Of a stretch of 64,000 nucleotides of DNA, positions 36,640 through 48,690 are shown one piece after another. The position numbers and the translations under genes were made by a program. The notes beneath the pieces were generated by a model, which did no database searches, was not told the origin of the DNA, and saw nothing but the letters and a program-made list of their open reading frames with translations. The stretch is from positions 39,930,001 through 39,994,000 of the forward strand of contig NC_087437.1 of NCBI RefSeq assembly GCF_036321535.1. The letters run 5' to 3'. This DNA is from Camelus dromedarius. Its lineage: Eukaryota. Within the stretch, counting starts at the first letter, position 1, and every line of letters begins with the position of its first letter.

Positions 36640-36960
36640 CTCCCAAGGATGGCCTCCACGCTGTGACAGATTAATCCAAGTTGAGTGAACTTCCTTCAGA
36701 CAGAGGACACTAATTATTATGAAGGCACTTAGAACACAATGTGAGCTGACATCTGACAGACCATTCCCTGCCAGCTCTGCATTGTCTTAATGTCAGACCC
36801 TGTCAGTTCCCAGCCTTAATTACATCCTGTTTACAAACATTAAGCCTGACTTCAGATGAAGCCTTAACAAAGGTTGACAAAGGTCAGGGTCACATCGCAA
36901 GGATGTTATCTGTCTGTACTCTCCTCCCGATAAACCAGAGGTAGAGGGCTGATTCGGGAG
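36640..36960. promoter_or_regulatory. Candidate conserved enhancer with clustered MEIS/TALE sites
   Basis: TGACAG at 36664 and 36754, CTGTCA at 36800, TAATCC at 36672, FOX TGTTTAC at 36828, TAATTA cores. Confidence 0.5.
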
Positions 36961-38429
36961 ATAGCTTTCAGGGCAGAAAAAAGCACTGTGGTCACTGGAA
37001 TATCTAATCTCTGCGGACACATTTTCACCCAATCTGCTAAGCACTGTGGCAGGGAGAAGGGCCAAATTTAGAGGGCTGACTAGGTGCTGCTTGTTATCTG
37101 AAATCCCCTGAGGGCAGACGTGGCAAAGGTGTTGGGAAAAACCTTCAGCAGGAAGGCGGTAGTCACCCTGTGCCACTGATTCAAGAAAAACAAATTCAAG
37201 CATTAAAAAATGAACCCCAGTTAAAATAGAGACCTGTGTCAAAGATAGCAAGCAAATTCTAACTAGTATCCATAACCTGACTTTTTTTCAATCATTATTT
37301 TTGAAATGTTTTTATGTTAAAGTCAAGGAGCAGATTTTTTTCTTAAGCAAAGTACTCTTTAGATTCATTTTCTGTGCTATATTTGTAAGTATCACAGGAG
37401 ACTTGATTCAAAACAATGGAACTTGGGTATCTTTGAATTTCAGTAGGTTACAACAGTAATTAATAGTATAACCTATCTTTTTTTATTGTTTAGATTTTGG
37501 CCTTAGTAGTCATCTGCCAATCTCTATATTTTGCAAATATGAAGACAGTGGGTTGAATTATTTAACATAACAAGATCCCCCAGCACACTGGTGGCAAGGC
37601 CAGGCTGGAACCAAAATCTCCCACACCTAGCCTGGGGTTCTGTGGAAGTAAACACGGTTTTGTTTTGTTTTGTTTTAGAATTCTTATGGAGTCTGGCATC
37701 TAGTTACAAGACACCTGTTTAATAACTTATTCATTTTGCCCCTTCAGCTTTCTTTCCTTAAGATCTAAAGAACTTATGTTCTTTTCATCTATTAGGTTCC
37801 AACACATCAATCATTTTAAATGTTCTTCTCTGGATGCACTCCTTTAAGTCTTGAAATTCCTGCAGTGCCCACAAAAGCACTCAGTAGATAATTTCTGTAA
37901 CTGCTTGGGCCCCACTTGGTTCTTCCACATTATCAAGACTTCTACTGTGTTAGCTCCAGATCATTTTCTTATCTGAGTCCAGTTAGCTGCAGTCTGTTCA
38001 ACAGGCTTGCGTCCTAAACGCACACCTTGTAGAAGTCAGTTTTGGTGTATCTCTAGCAACTTTGTCACAATCTGTTATTTAGGTCAACACCATTTCACAG
38101 AAATGGCCTCCTTTGGTCCCTAGCTCCTCCCCCATCAGCCACACTGCCCCACTACCCCCACGCCCAATGCCACCAAGACTTACTTCCAAACCTACTGCTT
38201 AGTCTCTCTCCCAAGAAGATCTTCTGACCCTAGAGTTTCAATTTCTTGCCACCAGTGGGTAACTCTGAATTTTCAAGGCTTAGTCCTAATTCTTTATCTG
38301 TTTTCGTCCTCATCTCTGTGAGAGGCCTCTACTCAAAGGCAGTCCATCTAAGAACAAATCATTTCCAGGGTTCTCTTCCCAATCCTCCCATCCTGGAAAG
38401 AAGAAACACCATTCTCCTGATCCCACAGT

Positions 38430-38600
38430 TTGATCTTTGAGAGTCCTTTCTTGGCCCTCCCTAACTTCCCCAGAGTCAATGACCATGTCTTGTTAATTGC
38501 TTTGTCCAAAATGCCTGCCACAATATCTCAAACATAGCAGGCACTTATTAATATCCAATGTATGAATAAATGAACAAAAAATGAAAGAATCAGTGAAAGA
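38430..38600 (+). mobile_element. L2 3' end
   Basis: GACCATGTCTTGTT...CATAGCAGGCACTTATTAATATC..ATGTATGAATAAATGAA. Confidence 0.65.
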
Positions 38601-41224
38601 ATAGACAAACTTGGTGAAATCGTTGAGTCTTTGATAATTTTTCCTCTACAGAGCCCCAGCTCTTCTTTTTCACTTCTTCCTTCACAATCATCTCCTTCCC
38701 CAGGAATCTGAATGGCTACAAACCATAGTTTGTTCTTCTGCCTTAGTTTCTCCATCTAACCCCTCCTATGCTGGACACAGATAGTAGCACCGTATAAAAA
38801 CTGGGGCTTCAGTCTCACTTAAAACACAGACCCCTTGCAACAATCCTACCCAATATTCTAATTTGTATATAAGAATGTCAAGTAGCTCTAGGCCCAGGTC
38901 CAACTCCTGCCAAGTGTGACTTACTCTGTTCCCCCAAGATGACAATGAAATGCCGTTAACTATCCTTTGACTACGCTTCTCTGAACAGGTGTGCGCCCCA
39001 TAACATTCTGTGGTCTAGACCAGATTCCCCAGCTTATGGGAGATTATGTCATTTGGGACTGAATCCAAGACTTGGCTTAAATAAAGATGTATTACTGCCT
39101 TGCTGCTCAAGCATCGACCGCATTCACAGAGTGAAGGCAGATGAATCTGCCCATCAAGTGTAATATGGAGCTCTCTGATGACAAACTTGACTTATGGTAG
39201 TAAAATTGAGGTTACAGTGAAATTGAACTAAAATCCCTGGGTGTTATACAACTTTAACTTGCTTCACTCACTATGATGAGCTACATAGTTCTGAAAGTGG
39301 TAGTTACTGAAGGTTAAAAAGTTGTATTCTAAGATATTTCCACTGTAGAGCTGTAAATGTTGTGTTTGTTACGTCTGCCAGCTAGTGGCTGGAATGTCCA
39401 GTAGGAATTTCTATCAATTAGCAAAGGGAATAAATGTGGGATGAGGGTAGTTAGGAGGGAGGCAGGCCCAGGGGAAAATGAATGAAAGAATGAATTCTTT
39501 CCTGTAAAACCTTGAGGAAGTGTGATAAAGCTGGCCTTTTTGCGTGCATTACATATACATTTTAGTGCTAAGTACAGTTTAAAGATGGACAATAATCATC
39601 TGTTATCCGGGTAACACTGACACATTAATGGTTCTATTTGTAAGTCTTAAGACAAGATCAATAACGAGAGCTTTAAAAACACCAGGCACACCTGCAACTT
39701 CTTCCCACCACTGAAAAATAACTGCCTGCTCTTTTTTCAGAGGGTTGTTTTACTTTCATTGCATTTGTAACGTCAGTCATAGGCATAGCTCCCTCTCCCA
39801 TCAGAATTGGGTTACAGCCAGTGGCTAACGCCTCCGGAAATACAGACCCAATATTTCACAATAGCTCTACGAGGGTCTGCAACCACATGCTTTACTAACC
39901 CAAACAAGAAAATCTAATTTTAGAGGGAAAGGAGTTGAGAGGGTCAGAAGGAAATCATGTCAGTAATACAGCACATACCTTTATAGTTTGGGGTTTGCAA
40001 AAGTTCAGTGCTTAAATGAACTCCCAAATTTCTAGGACATTCACAATAAGCTGTTAAATTCAAGTGCAAGGAATCTTACCACAGGATTTCATAAGATGCA
40101 ACTTTTCCAAAGTGAAAAAGAGACACTAACACAACCAAAAATTCCACGGCTCTTAAGCAGAGAGTCAAAGAAAAGATAATCATTTTACACAATAACTCAG
40201 TTTGCCAAGTTGATTCTGCCTTATTTGGTGGTGGATGGTGGGGGCCATGGTGAGGGGCTAAAAGGTTTGGAGTGCAAGGAGTGTGGAGCATGTGGAAGCA
40301 GGGGCTTCAAGGGTGCAAAATTAAACAGGACCTCTCAGTGTCCATTAAAGAAGGAACCAAGGTGGTTGGAGAAGCAACTGTGCCCACACTGAGTACTGAG
40401 GCCTTGAGTATCAAATCTTTCCTTTCACTCAGGATCTGAATCCAAAGCAAGATAACTTTTAGTTGAAAACCATGGTAGATTTGATTGTAAAGCTGTATTG
40501 TGCACGGGAGAGGTCCAGGTGCTTTCATCACTCTCCTTTCCTCAGCCTTTCAGCTCCCAGCACCAAGCACACGCCCAGTGATGTACATGCGACGGGCAGA
40601 TAAATGAGAGACTGCAATGGAGCTTGAACATTATCCAGGTGCCTCCAATGTATCATGCTTTAAATCAACCCCTTCAAGATATCTGAGAACCTGTATTTTT
40701 TTAAATCAACTTTTCCATAATATATGATTCAACTCTGGAAATAAATAGACATACACGATATAATTTTCTGCCTTTCTGCTAAGCAGACAAAAAATTTTCT
40801 AATCCCAGTAAACACAGTAATGGATAATTCTGCCTTAGAAAAAGAGGATGGAGTGGTCCATTGCAGCTCCACCCACATCCTACAACTGGGAGAACAGTTG
40901 CTTCCTGACAATTACAGGACGGAGGGAGCTCCAAGTAAAGCTTCTGCCCAAAAGATCCAACCTCACCTTTCATTCCACCATAGCAGCAGCACTTCTGTGT
41001 AAGGGTAGAGAACATGGGAGGACAAAGAAAGGGCGATCTGCAAGGGGATGTTGCCCTCATCCAGACCCTGAGGAACAATATTATTTTATGCTCCTGTGAC
41101 AATCCCAACTCACTCACTCCATTATATCTACACAAGTTTCTGAGCAGCTGGGAGCTGGCCAACCCCCATAGGGCCGGCAGCCTAGGCAAATAACAGTCAT
41201 CACTGATTGATGCAAAGTAAATAT

Positions 41225-41375
41225 TCAGTACAGCTATATAAAGTAAATATTATTATCACCATTTTACAGAAGAAAAAATTAAGGCTAATCTATTTAGCAG
41301 GTGGTGAAGTTTGAATATGACCCTCAGTTTGCCTGACTCTAAAACATGAGATTTTTTTTTCCAACACATCATGCT
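41225..41375 (-). mobile_element. MIR SINE
   Basis: ATTATTATCACCATTTTACAGAAGAAAAAATTAAGGCT...GCCTGACTCTAAA. Confidence 0.7.
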
Positions 41376-44300
41376 GCCTCCAGGATCCCTACATAAGCTT
41401 ATACTCCAGAGGAGAATGTGGTTGAGTAAAGAAACACTCTCTTCCATATTCAAACTAGCATCATTTCTAGATAATTTTTTTATTTATATTGGCCTAATAA
41501 TTTAAGCCTAAATTTGAAAAAACTGAGATATCACAAAGTAACAAACATAGAAGTCTCTCATTCCACCAAATACCACAGAGGGAACCCTCTTTGTAAGAAT
41601 ATCTTGCAAGCTTTACTTGTACTTGTGAAAATAAATATAATAACATAACGTAGCACTTTTCTGCTGAAAGAGTTCAAAGAATTTTTCAAATGCCAATTTT
41701 GGTATTTGCTTGAGGAAAAAAGGCTGAAATATTATAGACAACCTCTGGGAGGCATTCCTTAAATAATTTATTTTTCTCCTTCCCCCCAAATTGTAGGCAT
41801 CTCAAGAAAAAACACATATCAACACTAAAATTATTAAAATAGAAGTCCAAAATTCAGGGAGAAGTACAAAAAAAAAATACCCCAGTATGGCTACTACCAT
41901 TTGAACACTGAATTTGGTGTTCAGCTTCTTTAAAAACAAGGTGAAAAGAAAAAAATGGGTTATACACAATTCTCATTATCCAATAAAAAAAAAGCCTTCT
42001 GGGGATGGTTGTTAAAGAAACTCTGAATAAATATCAGATTTTTTTACCACTATTTTATAAAAAATACACATATACTCTTTATGTGAGACTGCTTAAACTG
42101 ACCCTCAACAAAAGCTAAAGAAGTATGATTTTTTTAAAAAGGTAATTTGTTTCAGATGCAACTCTATTTTCCTTTTCCATAGATTATATCTAATTTTTAC
42201 AGCAGTGAATAGTATACTTGATTCCTTCCACCTCTTTTTCAAGATCTTTTAGTTGTCTGTACATTTTTATCAATAAAAATCCATCTTTTTCTTTTTAAGG
42301 TAACATCTATGGACCATTTCCTATGTAACCTTAGCCCTGTGCTACGCATGCCTTCTCTTGACTCAAGAGACTCTGGGCATTAAAGATCCCACCCTCAGTG
42401 TTAGAACCACAAGTGGCAGGCCCAGGAATCCAGCCCAGGTTTGTCTGATTCCAGAACCAAACTCTTAATCATCATGCTACAAATCCTATTCTGTTTACCA
42501 TAAAGGTGTGCAACATTTTTATCTGTATTTCCAAAGTCAGGTAGATAAGAATATCTTCCTAGGGAAGTAATATTTTCCTTAAATCAGTTCTTTAAGGGCA
42601 GGCTCACAGAGGACATCTGGACACTAGTTGCTTTTGATCAGCTAAAGAATTTGAAATCATAACCCAAATTTATTTTGAAACCTAAGCAATAACAAATAAT
42701 AAATACTGCAATCTGTGGGGAAATGAACAGAGTCTATGTGGATGGTAGGAAGTTATATGTTTCATGGAATAGGCAATAGGAACTTTCTCTTCAGGTCACC
42801 AATCAACTCAAAGTCAGTTAAAAGTCACCAATTGTCATCATGGATATTGTTCTAGATGAAATCAGTTAGTGGTCAAAGCAAACACCTAAAATACCATGGA
42901 CCACACTACAAAAACCCCTAAGCAGTTATCACTCATCATTGCCCTGGCAGGAAGCTCCAGGGAGACCAAGGACTAAATGAGTAAAGGGACCACTATCACC
43001 TCTTAAATCTCGGGCCGACTATTTCCAGATGAGCCATTTGGCTTGGGGAGGAAATAGAGCTCTGAAATCTTGCCCAGATGTTGAATTTCAGTTAGAAATT
43101 ATCAATAGTTGGGTTCATGATCCTTTAGTTTCATTTATAAGACAATGGATTTCTCCAAACATGGTCATTTTGCTACTGCTTTTAGGCAGATTGTATCTGA
43201 ATTTTGTGAAGACTCACTCAATATGTGCCCAAGCATGCAGACATTTTAAGTGATGAGGTTGGCAGGGGCAGGTTGGGGGTGGTGTGGAGATACTGCTAGC
43301 TTGTCGCAGGACCGTTATCCAGTAGAGGGAGTGTCCTTTAGGGCTTATATGAATAGACTCTACCTCTTCAAATCAGCCTAAAACACTCTCTGAACCTCAA
43401 AGTTTTTCAATAATCTGTTAGACAAAAACTCTAAGGTTACTTCTATTTTCAAAACATTACACTAGGAGAATCCCTAAGCCACATTTGATGGCAGCTGGTT
43501 CTCATAACGACATCCTTAAAATAATGAGGGCCCAGTGTGAGCCACTGGAGGATTTCCATCCATAGATTCAGTAAAGCTCTGTGCTAGGTACAGTAATTCA
43601 ACAAGGAAAAACAAAACAAAACACAGAAATAGCCCTTGCCCTCAGGGAGTTTACATTCCTAGGGAGAAGTAAGACACTGAACATTAAGTCATGCATAACT
43701 ATCTAATTAAAAATATAAGAAAACAAATGACAAACAGAGTTCTGGTGCCCTCCAATTTTATTCAAAGGAGCCTAGATTCCTGAGACAGTGGGTGAGTAGA
43801 GGGAGGGAAGCAATTAGATGTTAGTTACCCAAAAGCATTCTCAAGAGAATGTTTTTTAAGATAAAGCTTAAATATGTTTTTCCCAGGATTCTGTACCTAA
43901 CCTCTAATTCTGGCAAGTGGACTTATCATTGACTCTGGTTACCACGCTGAAATGGCAACCAGGCCCCATAAATTAAATGCCTCGGATATACAGATACTAT
44001 ACTATATATTTTACTCTCTCCTCATTTTTTTTTTTTCCTTTGCCAGCTTTGCATTTTCTAGACATCCTCACAGCAACTCCAGAGGAATGGCTCCATCTTA
44101 AACCTGACAGCCAGACTGAGAAAGTCTTAACTTTTTTGTTTCCTTTCTACAACTAATTTTTAAACATTTATGTAAATAGGAACATTTCTCTCAGCGTGGA
44201 ATCGAGGCACACTTAAAAAGAAAGGTTAAAAAAAATGTTCATCTAATTTTAAAAACAACTGCTATGATCTAGCCAGAACCTTAAAATCATAAAATCATAT

Positions 44301-44774
44301 TATGTTAGACTCTGGATAAATCTTAGAATGTATCCCATCCAGCCCTTCATTTTACAAATGAGGGAAATGATACCGTGCCACTGATTTATCATTTAACCCC
44401 TGTGACACTGAATGTGGCACATGTCGAAGCCACATGAACTTTCACATGGAACCATTGGCAGAATGGAAACCAAATTGTGTGTAAATGCACAGCTATGTGT
44501 AGTCACAATCAAATTAACTGGTAAATCACTACTCTACAACGTCAAGAACACAAAGTAGTTCCACACAAAACCAGTGGGAACTCACTGCCTGGCTCTTGGC
44601 AGAGATGCCACTTTCAGAAAGAGCCCATTGTAAGGAAAAATGGCGGGGAAACCAGAATGAGTTCTTGCCCCAACAACCACCTGCTGGACTAGACGAGAAA
44701 CACCCCAAAGCTATTTGGACTTTAAAAAGCAAAAGTTTGCAGAGACAACTTTGCCCACTTTTTTCTCCTGCTCT

Positions 44775-45332
44775 CTAAAACAGACACTTATGATTTTTGA
44801 CTGCTCAGCCTCCATTCTCTGTCCTTCTGGCAACAGCAGCTATTTTCCTTTAACAACCTCCCCTGTCGCACTCACAGACCTGGTACTCAGGTGGGGTTGG
44901 CTCCATCCTATCTCACACCAGCCTCAGAAATAGAAAACATGACCCAGGCCTGGCTGATAGGATCATTTCATCCTCTGGTTGCAGCAATTGGTTCAAGGTT
45001 GGGCATGTGACCCAAGCCAGGCCAAAGTTTATATTCAGGACATTTGTGGGAAACAGTGGGAAAGAGAGGAGCTTTTCCTGTTATCAGCTGGGAACTTCCT
45101 GGAATCACAAGAAGAAGAGACACAACCTGAGAACAAAGCCAATATGGAGAAAAGTGGAAGAGAGAGATGGAAAGAGTTAAGGCCACAATGTCATTGTTGA
45201 ATCCAAGATTCAACCCCTGCCCTCAATCCCTCAGTTACCTGCTCCAGTAGAACCTCTGCCTTTGTTTTCTCTTTTAAGTAAACTGGAATTGGATTTCTGC
45301 CTTTTGCAAACACAAATATCCTGACCAACATA
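44775..45332 (+). mobile_element. MaLR (MLT1-type) LTR
   Basis: TTGGTTCAAGGTTGGGCATGTGACCCAAGCCAGGCCAA and 3' TTTAAGTAAACTGGAATTGGATTTCTG..TTTTGCAAAC...ATCCTGACCAACA. Confidence 0.7.
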
Positions 45333-45518
45333 CTCATCTCCCCAACCCTGTCCTTCCCAACCTCCTCCTTCTTTGGCCTTCCAGTACAGTGAAACAGGCA
45401 CGGGGGATCAGAGTCTCAAATGCTCCTGAGTCTACCCCTTTTTTGAGCCACTACCTCTCTAAGCCTCAATTTCCTCATAAAAAGTGGTGGGGCTACATCT
45501 TTCCAATCTAACAATGTT

Positions 45519-45549
45519 TGTATTGTTTTAGGAGGGGGAGGTAATTAAG
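45519..45549 (-). mobile_element. 31-bp SINE 3' tail fragment with 16-bp TSD
   Basis: Reverse complement CTTAATTACCTCCCCCTCCTAAAACAATACA matches the SINE tail at about 61898; TSD CCAATCTAACAATGTT at 45503-45518 and 45550-45565. Confidence 0.75.
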
Positions 45550-45849
45550 CCAATCTAACAATGTTAACATGAATCTTACCTTGAAGGGTTTTGAGCCTCA
45601 AACCAGGTCATTAATACAAAAGCACTCTCTCTGGTAAATATATAATGTTTCCAAACACAAAATGCCATTATATTTGCTAAAAGTTCTAGAATTTTCTTGT
45701 TCCTCATTTTAGTTCTTCCACTTTTTAAAATAGAAACATGGGTCATTATCTAAAAGGTCATGTTGGCCAATTGTCCAGCCATTTTTATAAAAACTTAAAA
45801 TCTTAATTTAAAACAAAATAGACTGGCTATGCAGAAAAGTGGAAAGAAT

Positions 45850-46075
45850 ATGTGATTTAGTGGCTTAGATATCCAGCAAAATAAGCTTTAATTCCCAACT
45901 CTACCACCCACCCCAGCTGCGTGACTCCAACCAACTCACTTAATCTCACTGAGACTCAGTTTACTAATCTGTTCAGCAGGGATAAAATCACCCAACTTTT
46001 TAGATTGCTGTGACAATTACAGCATGTGCATATGCCATGGCAATAGATGAAGCTCAATAAATGGGAGGGATAATA
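45850..46075 (+). mobile_element. MIR SINE
   Basis: CAGCTGCGTGACT...CACTTAATCTCACTGAGACTCAGTTT..TAATCTGT...GCTCAATAAATG. Confidence 0.7.
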
Positions 46076-46624
46076 CTGATTACTGCTGTTACCAGTAAGA
46101 ATCACAGAGACCATGGGGTTGAGTGTAAAAGGTAGTTGGAGCTGGAAGGATGAGACAAGGGACCAGAAGCCACAGCCAGAGTTGGATAAGTCTCAGAGGC
46201 ACAGGTTGGCTGGTTCCAGAGTCGATGGGGTGAGTGGACCAAAAACAGCAGTTTCATTTCATCTTCATAATTTGTACTTTACCTGCTCCCCAACAGCTTT
46301 TGAGACACAGCTCTTTGAACTCCTCAAGCTGAAAAGGTCTTTATTTCTGTATGCCTGCCCCTGGGGAAGTACTCAGGAAATGCTCACTGAGACCTGAACA
46401 TGATAATCTCTTGTCCTAAAGGAAGGGCTGCCTCTACTTTTTGGCTCCCTTTTTGACCTCCATTTCCAAGGATAAGAAAACCAGACAGAGCCCAGGAGCA
46501 TGACCTTTTTCACTGGAAGGGAGACTCATAAGTCCTTTTTCATGTAATTAAGTTGGTCTCCCAAAATGTTCTCACACATCTCCAGCTCCCCTATTGTCTT
46601 CAGATGAGTGGAGATTAATACTCT

Positions 46625-46803
46625 GGGATGTGTGGTTCAGACCAGGGTAGCATCGGCATCACTAGGAGCTTGTTAGAAATGCAAATTCTCAGGCCCTTTC
46701 CCAGACCTACTGAATCAGAAACTCTAGGTGAGACCCAGGCATCTGTGTTTTAGCAAGAACTCCAAGGATTTGGACGCACACTCAAGTCTGGGAAACGCTA
46801 CTC
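46625..46803. mobile_element. MER5A hAT DNA transposon
   Basis: GCATCGGCATCACTAGGAGCTTGTTAGAAATGCAAATTCTCAGGCCC...CCAGACCTACTGAATCAGAAACTCT. Confidence 0.85.
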
Positions 46804-48268
46804 CAGATAGGACTTTAATATCTTTGTATTAGAAAAGGCATGTAAGTAAAAGTCATAGCATTTCCATGTCGAAGGACAAGCAGATGCTACAATTACAGCT
46901 AATTGAATCATGTTGCTCCATTGTTATGCTTCCTGTAGCAAACTTTTTCAAAGATATTTTCCAAATATGAACTATGCAAAGATGAGTAGGATCAGAGTTG
47001 CTGATCTTAAGAAGCTCTAGTTTCTTTCTTTAAGGGTCCAAAGGGTCACCTGCAGGTAGGGGCACCACCTTTCACATGTCAGGCAGGACACTAGATTGCC
47101 ATCTGGAGTGTATGTGAACTTCATAAGAATTCTATGTCTATGTTGAGCCCATTACTGATATCATGATAGACTGAACATTCACCTACCATGAGGCCAAACC
47201 TACTCCTCCAAAGTACAGTAGCCAATGGGTGGTAAATTAACCCAGAAAAGTCAGTCAGTTCCCCCTAGGATCTCCAAGCATCTTAGTCCTGGACATTCAG
47301 CAATTACACATGATCATATAAATGTGACTATATGGAGAAAAAAATATGGTATTAGAATAAAGTATAGATGTGATTGGTATAAATCATTATGGCAAAAAAA
47401 AAATGTAAAAAGAAAGTGTAGGTTCAATCTTCTTCTGATGTGTGTGTGTGACAGTTGCCTAGCATTTGGCCACATTTTATAAGTAGTGCTCTGAAGGAGT
47501 GCACGGTTTTAGTAATTAAAGCACACAAATGACCCCACACCTTTACACACTTGAAAAGAACCGGTATTTCATGCCAGATCCAGCACTTGAAGATTTAAAG
47601 GGAGAAAACCCTGATTAGCTAAACTCACAAGAGTTTCCTAATATACCAGATGTCAGGAGATAAGTATGACATCATATTATAGATAATTTTTTAATGGTAC
47701 CCACTTAGAAAAATTGAAATTAAGTTCAACCTAGCTGAGCTATTTTATCTTTCTTTATAGAAAATTACCACACCAAATTTGATGATGAATGTACTGATTG
47801 GAAGGGCATCACAAAGCAATTTGCCCTTCCAGACAGGCCTGGACCACACAAACACCCTAGTACTGGGTTCTGAGAACTGCCTCTAAAGAGAGGCCTCGTC
47901 CCTCTCCAGATTGCACAACCTGGTTCTGCTGGAGAGGGGAAAAGATAATCCTCAAGAAATGTCAGAGCACAGCAATGGCATACCAGAGGAAATTCACCAC
48001 CAAAATTCATCATTGTAGGTAATTATTTTTTTGAAGGGAGATAATCTTCCTCTAGAAATAGGGGAGAACCAGGCTCACTTTGCCCTTTTGCAGGTGAGAG
48101 ACTAAGTTTTGTATTGTAAATCTGGGGAACAGAAGACCGGCCACTTGCCACAATGGGCTAAGTACCGGGGCATTAACTCGGAGGCATGAAGGCTGTATAC
48201 CCACTTTTTAGCTTCTTTAGGCTGTAATCTATGCAGTATAAGAAAGTATTCCAGCCAGAACTCTTCAG

Positions 48269-48396
48269 GAGAGTTGTCAGATTAGCAAATAAAAATTTAG
48301 GGGCTCCGGTTAAATGTGAACCTCAAATAAACAACAAATCCATTTATCTGAAATTCAAATTTAACTGGGCATTCTAGATTTTATTTGGCAATCCTA
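48269..48396. mobile_element. MER53-like palindromic hAT MITE (internally deleted)
   Basis: Inverted termini GAGTTGTCAGATTAGCAAATAAAAAT...GTTAAATGTGAA / TTATCTGAAATTCAAATTTAACTGGGC...TTTTATTTGGCAATCCTA. Confidence 0.7.
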
Positions 48397-48519
48397 TCCC
48401 TAAAGCTATCAATGAGGCATTTCTCTTGGAGCTAAATATTAGCCCAGGTGGAAGGGAATATGGGGATGTGGAGTCTGAGCTTCTTCATGTGTCCAGGGTC
48501 CTGTGGACTGCACTGAGCT

Positions 48520-48690
48520 TACTTTACAGCTTCTCTGTGAGGTAGGACCAAACTCGTAATCCCCACTTTACGAGTGTAGACACTGAGGCAAAGAATTGCA
48601 CAAGGTTACAAAGCTAAGTAGAAGAGCTGGGATTCAAATAAAGATCCTCTGGCTTTTCGTAGGGGGCTCTGTCAATCACTACACTAAACA
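48520..48690 (-). mobile_element. MIR SINE
   Basis: CTGTGAGGTAGG...CCCCACTTTAC..GTGTAGACACTGAGGCA...AGAGCTGGGATTCAAA. Confidence 0.7.
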
